Notes under the pieces: model-generated
Told to the model about the DNA's origin: nothing
The model's input: only the letters and a program-made list of their open reading frames with translations
Databases searched by the model: none
Position numbers and translations under genes: made by a program
NCBI GenBank assembly: GCA_050943735.1
Contig: JBMNPT010000004.1
Span: forward strand, 66,108 to 130,107
Reading direction: 5' to 3'
Length of the DNA: 64,000 nucleotides
DNA from: Eubacteriales bacterium
GTDB lineage: Bacteria; Bacillota; Clostridia; Oscillospirales; RGIG577
Part shown: piece after piece, positions 59,285 through 64,000 of the stretch
How positions within the stretch are numbered: position 1 is the first letter of the stretch
How the letters are laid out: every line of letters starts with the position of its first letter

Positions 59285-60985
59285 TTACTTAGCAAGGAAC
59301 AGTGTAAAGTTTTCCAGATTCTTCACCACAGTCTGCAGGAAACGTGCTGCATCAGCGCCGTCCAGGGCTCTGTGGTCGAAGGTGATGGAGAGAGTCATGG
59401 CCTTGTAAGGCACCATCTCGCCGTTGACCACCTTCACACGGTCATGCAGGCAGTTGACGCCCAGAATACCAGTCTGGGGAGGATTGATAACAGGAGTGAA
59501 GTGCTCGATGCCCAGACCGCCCAGGTTGCTCACAGTGAAGCTGGCGCCGCTGAGTACATCGGGAGTGGCCTTGCCATCCTTGCACATCTGGCCCAGACGC
59601 TTGGACTCGGCGCTGATCTCTGCCAGAGAGAGCTTGTTGGCATTGCGGATGGTGGGAACCAGCAGACCCTTGGGGGTATCTACAGCCATGCCCAGGTGCG
59701 CATTCTTGAAGATCTTCATTTCCTTGTCGTTGTAGTGTGCATTCAGGCAGGGATGATCCATCACAGAACGAGCCACCACATACAGCAGGATGTCGTTCAT
59801 GGTCAGCTTGGGCAGACCCATCTTCTCGCCCTTGGCCTTGACAGTTTCGCGGAACTTGATCACTTCGGTCATATCGGCAGTGGCATTCAGAGTCAGCTGA
59901 GCCATGTCGGCCAGAGAAGCATGCATGTTCTTGGCAATGGCCTTCCGAATGCTGCTGTTCTTCACGATTTCAAATTCAGGCTCTTCTGCAGCCACAGCGG
60001 CAGCAGCAGGAGCAGCAGCTGCAGCAGGAGCGGCAGCGGGAACGGTGCGGCCTTCCACATCAGCGGTGGTCACAGCGCCGCCAATACCAGTGCCGGTTAC
60101 GCCGGCAGTTGCCAGGCCTCTGGCAGCAGCAGTCACCAGAATGCCTGCTTCCACAGCCTTCAATACGTCAGCCTCAATGATCCGGCCTTCGGGACCGGTA
60201 CCAGGCACACGGGTGATGTCCACATTCTTCTTCTCTGCCAGGTTCTTGGCCCGGGGAGAAATGCGGATGAAGTCGCGCTCTACCACAGGAGCAGCAACAG
60301 CGGCAGGTGCAGGAGCAGCGGCAGCGGCGGGAGCGGCTGCAGGAGCGGCCTCAGCAGCAGGAGCAGCGGCGGGAGCGCCGGTCACAACGACCTGTCCCTC
60401 TTCACCGATGGCACAAATGGGAGTCTTAATGGCAATCTCGTCGCCTTCTTCACCCATCAGAGCCAGCACAGTGCCTTCGAATTCACTTTCCACATCAAAA
60501 GTAGCCTTGCCGGTTTCGATGGCGCACAGAATGTCGCCCACCTTCACCTTGTCGCCCACCTTCACATTCCAGCTGGAAAGGATGGCGCTTTCTTCGCTCA
60601 GGCCCTTCTGAGGCATCAGCACCAGATTGGCGGCATTTTCGGGGGCCACAGCGGGAGCGGCAGCCGGAGCCGGTGCAACAGCAGGTGCAGCTACGGGAGC
60701 TGCCTCAGCGGCAGGAGCAGCAGCGCTGGGAGCGGCTACTGTTTCACCAGGCTGGCCGATGGCACATACAGGAGCCTGGATGGGCAGTTCATCTCCTTCT
60801 TCTCCGAACAGTTCCAGCACAGTGCCTTCGAATTCGCTTTCCACATCGAAGGTAGCCTTACCGGTTTCAATGGAGAAGAGGATATCTCCTACCTTTACAC
60901 TGTCACCTTTTTTCACGTTCCAGGAAGAAATGACAGCACTTTCTTCCGACAGACCCTTCTGCGGCATCAATACCATTTGAGCCAT
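59285..60985 (-). CDS. Dihydrolipoamide acyltransferase (E2) with two tandem lipoyl domains
   Basis: Two lipoyl domains, each with an IETGKA motif carrying the lipoyl-Lys. Ala/Pro linkers. A peripheral subunit-binding domain (ISPRAKNLAEKKNVDITRVPGTGPEGRI). Catalytic DHRALDG. AGGAGG RBS lies before the ATG at 60985. Confidence 0.9.
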   Translation of the reverse strand: MAQMVLMPQKGLSEESAVISSWNVKKGDSVKVGDILFSIETGKATFDVESEFEGTVLELFGEEGDELPIQAPVCAIGQPGETVAAPSAAAPAAEAAPVAAPAVAPAPAAAPAVAPENAANLVLMPQKGLSEESAILSSWNVKVGDKVKVGDILCAIETGKATFDVESEFEGTVLALMGEEGDEIAIKTPICAIGEEGQVVVTGAPAAAPAAEAAPAAAPAAAAAPAPAAVAAPVVERDFIRISPRAKNLAEKKNVDITRVPGTGPEGRIIEADVLKAVEAGILVTAAARGLATAGVTGTGIGGAVTTADVEGRTVPAAAPAAAAAPAAAAVAAEEPEFEIVKNSSIRKAIAKNMHASLADMAQLTLNATADMTEVIKFRETVKAKGEKMGLPKLTMNDILLYVVARSVMDHPCLNAHYNDKEMKIFKNAHLGMAVDTPKGLLVPTIRNANKLSLAEISAESKRLGQMCKDGKATPDVLSGASFTVSNLGGLGIEHFTPVINPPQTGILGVNCLHDRVKVVNGEMVPYKAMTLSITFDHRALDGADAARFLQTVVKNLENFTLFLAK

Positions 60986-61228
60986 TCTACGCAACCTCCT
61001 ATACAAAAATTTGGTTTACCCGTTGAATGTTAACATGGAACAATTTGAAATGTTCTTTATGTTTATATTAACATCTACCCCCCAGTACGTCAATGTTTTT
61101 TTGCCCAATTATTCATTTTTTTGTTGGTTACCTTGAACAATCATCCTTAACCTTTTCATTTTAACAGTCTTTTTACACAAAACTTGTTCAATTCATTGCC
61201 TATTTCACACAAAAATGTTCATTTGGTG

Positions 61229-61257
61229 TTGATTTTTTCTTTCCTATATAGTATTAT
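61229..61257 (+). promoter_or_regulatory. Possible promoter of the DeoR-MBL-Cof operon
   Basis: TTGATT (61229-61234), 17 nt, TATTAT (61252-61257). TATAAT also occurs at 61255-61260. The call is weak. Confidence 0.3.
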
Positions 61258-61307
61258 AATGATAATTCAATCGATTTACCGCTATCCACCGTTCTTTTCA
61301 GAAAGGA

Positions 61308-62075
61308 ATGTTTGTTTTGAATGAACGACGTGAACGAATCAAAGATTACATCTATCAAAACGGAGACGTAAAGGTGAGCAAGCTCATCGAGATCTTCCCC
61401 GAGGTCACCCCCATGACCATCCGTCGGGATTTGACCTATCTGGAAGAGCAAAAGGTGATTCTGCGCTCCCATGGCAGCGCCCGCAAACCTGATTTTCTCT
61501 CTCCTCTCAGCGAGGATCTGTACATCAACCGGGAATCCATCAACAGCAGTTCCAAAGACATCATTGCGCAAAAGGCAGAGGCTTTTGTGGAGGAACGGCG
61601 CAGTCTGTTTCTGGACAGCGGTACCACCATCATGTCGCTGGTCAAACGCATTCCGGACCACAAACTGACCATCTTCACCACCGGGCCCAACATTGGGATG
61701 GAGATTGCCCGCACCACCACCAAACCGCAGATCACGCTGCTGGGCGGCAATCTCAGCCGCAACACCTTCTCCACCTCCGGCTACAGCTGTTTGGACGCCA
61801 TTCATTCCATCAACATCGATGTGGCGTTCATTGTTCCCTCGGCCTATTCTCTCAACTTTGGCTTTTCGGTGGGGAATCAGTATGAATGCGAGGTCAAACG
61901 AGCCATTCTCAAAAAGGCACAGACCCGGATTCTGCTCATTGACAGCTCCAAATTTGACAAAAATATGCCCTACACCTTTGCCACCATGGCAGACATTGAC
62001 TATTTCATCAGTGACGACAAAGTGCCCACCGAAATCCAGGAGGAAGCCGCGCAGCACCACGTCACCATTCTGTGA
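61308..62075 (+). CDS. DeoR-family transcriptional regulator
   Basis: N-terminal HTH (ERRERIKDYIYQNGDVKVSKLIEIFPEVTPMTIRRDLTYLEEQ) and a C-terminal DeoR sugar-phosphate sensor domain. The TTG at 61317 has better RBS spacing than the ATG at 61308. Confidence 0.85.
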   Translation: MFVLNERRERIKDYIYQNGDVKVSKLIEIFPEVTPMTIRRDLTYLEEQKVILRSHGSARKPDFLSPLSEDLYINRESINSSSKDIIAQKAEAFVEERRSLFLDSGTTIMSLVKRIPDHKLTIFTTGPNIGMEIARTTTKPQITLLGGNLSRNTFSTSGYSCLDAIHSINIDVAFIVPSAYSLNFGFSVGNQYECEVKRAILKKAQTRILLIDSSKFDKNMPYTFATMADIDYFISDDKVPTEIQEEAAQHHVTIL

Positions 62076-62084
62076 GGAGGCACC

Positions 62085-62936
62085 ATGGCCAGCAAATACG
62101 CCACCCCGCCGGGGTACTTCCGCAATCTCTATGAACATCCCGCCGACTACTACTGCAAACCCTTCCGCATCTTCGGCAACCTGTGGTATGTGGGCAATAC
62201 AGTGGTGAGCTGTCACCTCATTGACACCGGCGACGGACTCATCCTCATTGACACCGCCTTTTCCCAGACCACTGCCCTGCTCATTCAGGCCATCTGGGAA
62301 GCCGGTTTTTCTCCCTATGACATCCGATACATTCTTCACACCCATGGACATATGGACCATTTTGGCGGCACCGTCTTTTTGAAAAAACTCACCCGGGCCA
62401 CCACCTTTCTTCCCCGCAAAGACGCGGAAATGTTCCGCACCCGGCCCGAGCTCTCCTTTGTGCAGGACTGCCAGCCGGGATACACTGAACTGTTCACTCC
62501 TGATGTGCTGTTGGAGGACGGCGATACGGTCACACTGGGCAATACGACGGTGCGCTGCGTGGAAACCCCCGGTCATTCCCCAGGCGTGATGAGCTTTTTC
62601 TTCTCAGTTACCGATGGTCAGCAGAGTCTGTCCGCCGGTCTGCTGGGAGGCGGAGGGCTCAACACCCTCAACGCCGACTTTTTCCGTCAGTTTTCGCTGG
62701 ACGGAGCTTCTATTCGTGCCCAATATGTGGCGGGGATGGCCCGTCTGCGACAGGAAAGTCCCTGCATTGCCCTGGGCGGACACCCCTATTACAACAAAAC
62801 CCTGCACAAGCGCCAACAGATGCTGCATCATCCCGAGGTGGGCAATCTCTTTGTCAATCCCAAAGAGTGGCCCCAGATGATCGACCGGCTGGAAGCAGAC
62901 TTTCAGCGTATGGTGCGGGAAGAACAGGAATTCTGA
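62085..62936 (+). CDS. MBL-fold metallohydrolase, subclass-B3-like motif set, no signal peptide
   Basis: HTHGHMDHFGG (HxHxDH), ETPGHSPG and GGHPYY. The N-terminus MASKYATPPGYF has no hydrophobic leader. Confidence 0.8.
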   Translation: MASKYATPPGYFRNLYEHPADYYCKPFRIFGNLWYVGNTVVSCHLIDTGDGLILIDTAFSQTTALLIQAIWEAGFSPYDIRYILHTHGHMDHFGGTVFLKKLTRATTFLPRKDAEMFRTRPELSFVQDCQPGYTELFTPDVLLEDGDTVTLGNTTVRCVETPGHSPGVMSFFFSVTDGQQSLSAGLLGGGGLNTLNADFFRQFSLDGASIRAQYVAGMARLRQESPCIALGGHPYYNKTLHKRQQMLHHPEVGNLFVNPKEWPQMIDRLEADFQRMVREEQEF

Positions 62937-62953
62937 GCCCGAAAGGAGGGCCT

Positions 62954-63781
62954 ATGAACCGATTTCAAGACTGGCTGCTGGTGAGTGACATGGATCGCTC
63001 CCTGCTGGATGACAACAAAGAAATTCCGCCTCGCAATCTGGAGGCGCTGCAATATTTTTTATCGGAAGGCGGGCACTTCACAGTAGCCACCGGCCGTACT
63101 CCCACTTCCATCGCCCGGTATCTGGACATCCTACCTCTCAATGCGCCGGTGATTTGCAACAATGGCAGCGGCCTGTATGATTTTCAACGGCAGCGCTATA
63201 CCTGGCATCTCTCGCTGGATGTTACTGCGGTACAGACGGTGGTGGACGATGTGATGCAGCGTTTTCCCCACATCGGCGTGGAAGTCTATGAGCCGGAGCG
63301 TATTTGTATTCCGGTGCGCAACATCCACACCGACCGTCATATGGAGCTGGAATCCATGGGATTCACTGAGGGAACCTACAAACATCCGCCCTATACCTGG
63401 TTGAAAGTGGTTTTCACCCAGGACCACAGCCAGCTGGAGGTTCTGCGCCGCCATGTGGAAGCCATGGGGTACGCGGAACAATTTCCGTCCATTCGTTTTG
63501 TATACTCGGAGCCCCAGTACTTTGAGCTGCTGAGCGTAGAGGGCAACAAGGGCACCGGACTCACCATGCTGGCCAAACAGCTGGGCATCCGGCCAGATCA
63601 CACCGCTGCCCTGGGAGACAATTACAACGATTTGGAGCTGATCCAGGCGGCAGGCCGAGGGTACACAGTGGCCAACGCAGTACCGGAGCTCCGTGCCATC
63701 AGCTGCCAAACAGTATGCGATAACAACGCCGGTGGACTGGCGGATGTCATTCAGCTGCTGGAACAGGAAACCACTTCCTGA
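62954..63781 (+). CDS. Cof-type HAD-IIB phosphatase
   Basis: LLVSDMDRSLLD (DxD), TGR, GDNYNDLELI. GGAGGG RBS lies before the ATG at 62954. Confidence 0.85.
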   Translation: MNRFQDWLLVSDMDRSLLDDNKEIPPRNLEALQYFLSEGGHFTVATGRTPTSIARYLDILPLNAPVICNNGSGLYDFQRQRYTWHLSLDVTAVQTVVDDVMQRFPHIGVEVYEPERICIPVRNIHTDRHMELESMGFTEGTYKHPPYTWLKVVFTQDHSQLEVLRRHVEAMGYAEQFPSIRFVYSEPQYFELLSVEGNKGTGLTMLAKQLGIRPDHTAALGDNYNDLELIQAAGRGYTVANAVPELRAISCQTVCDNNAGGLADVIQLLEQETTS

Positions 63782-63789
63782 CACATAAC

Positions 63790-63829
63790 AAAAAGCTGTT
63801 CTGCAAAAGCAGAACAGCTTTTCTTTTTT
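63790..63829. terminator. Bidirectional rho-independent terminator
   Basis: 14-bp stem aaaagctgttctgc (63791-63804) / gcagaacagctttt (63809-63822) with loop aaaa, flanked by A and T runs. Confidence 0.8.
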
Positions 63830-63830
63830 G

Positions 63831-64000
63831 TTAAGAGGTGTGTTTCAAGTCTTCTTTGTCTGTTGACCCAGACACACCGCTTCCCACAATTTCTCCGTTT
63901 TTCAGAGTGTAAAAATACACAGACGCAGGCTCATCCTGATAGACCACCCGAACCACCCACTCATCATAGGAAAGGAGTATGCTCATAAAAGAATGGCTCA
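63831..64000 (-). CDS. 3' end of an unidentified gene entering from the right window edge
   Basis: The minus-strand frame is open from the window edge to the TAA at 63833-63831 (…SYDEWVVRVVYQDEPASVYFYTLKNGEIVGSGVSGSTDKEDLKHTS*). It ends just before the bidirectional terminator. Too short to assign a function. Confidence 0.3.
   Translation of the reverse strand, partial: SHSFMSILLSYDEWVVRVVYQDEPASVYFYTLKNGEIVGSGVSGSTDKEDLKHTS

Noticed and set aside
59990-60720. GC-rich GCAGC/GGAGC-type short repeats that might look like a VNTR or CRISPR-like array
   Set aside because: They are in frame within the E2 gene and encode Ala/Pro inter-domain linkers. There is no repeat-spacer periodicity.
57905-61033. 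1042-aa ORF on the plus strand spanning the lpd and E2 region
   Set aside because: It is exactly antisense to two genes with unmistakable protein signatures. Its translation is low-complexity (runs of G/S/A/H/L) and has no RBS. It is a typical stop-codon-poor antisense frame of GC-rich coding DNA.
61254-62576. 440-aa minus-strand ORF
   Set aside because: It is antisense to the DeoR and MBL-fold genes, both of which have clear motifs and RBSs.
62085-62936. Calling the MBL-fold gene a beta-lactamase resistance gene
   Set aside because: There is no signal peptide or lipobox, and the gene is embedded in a DeoR/Cof metabolic operon. The motif match alone is not evidence of beta-lactam hydrolysis.

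Overview
The window looks like a contiguous chromosomal segment of a moderately GC-rich Firmicute. The class is probably Clostridia and possibly Oscillospirales; this is inferred from gene content, SLH anchoring, CIRCE/HrcA, Prp-L27 and the AddAB type. I see no CRISPR array, transposase, integrase or phage gene. About 55 protein genes, one tRNA and many clear rho-independent terminators can be supported.

Content from left to right:
- 3' part of a giant SLH-anchored repeat protein
- dgoD, a GntR regulator and an EamA transporter
- rpmE
- addB-addA
- infC-rpmI-rplT with an L20-leader-like attenuator
- obg
- rplU-prp-rpmA
- lgt-folD-SDR
- an M16 peptidase pair
- a DUF4358/MBOAT/DHHW surface-acylation triad
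- hrcA-grpE-dnaK-dnaJ with a perfect CIRCE
- a monocistronic tRNA-Leu(CAG)
- an AT-richer block holding a membrane-anchored AraC-type regulator coupled to an orphan DctP-like lipoprotein, with a divergent TRAP transporter plus amidohydrolase
- a single ORF fusing a TetM/EF-G-like translational GTPase to a Rae1/YacP NYN ribonuclease domain
- an ECF sigma/anti-sigma pair
- a sugar ABC transporter with a cyclase-family gene
- an AEC transporter
- an SDR plus a sugar-phosphate isomerase
- a lipoate-dependent 2-oxoacid dehydrogenase cluster (E2-E3-fused E1 alpha/beta-LplA) with a divergent DeoR regulator
- a B3-like MBL-fold protein and a Cof phosphatase

The strongest candidate for something undescribed is the GTPase-NYN fusion (42627-45245). 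The second is the transmembrane AraC regulator with its SBP and TRAP module (35050-42602). The many long ORFs antisense to real genes are GC-composition artefacts.

All calls rest on reading the translated ORFs and the DNA by eye. No database search was run.
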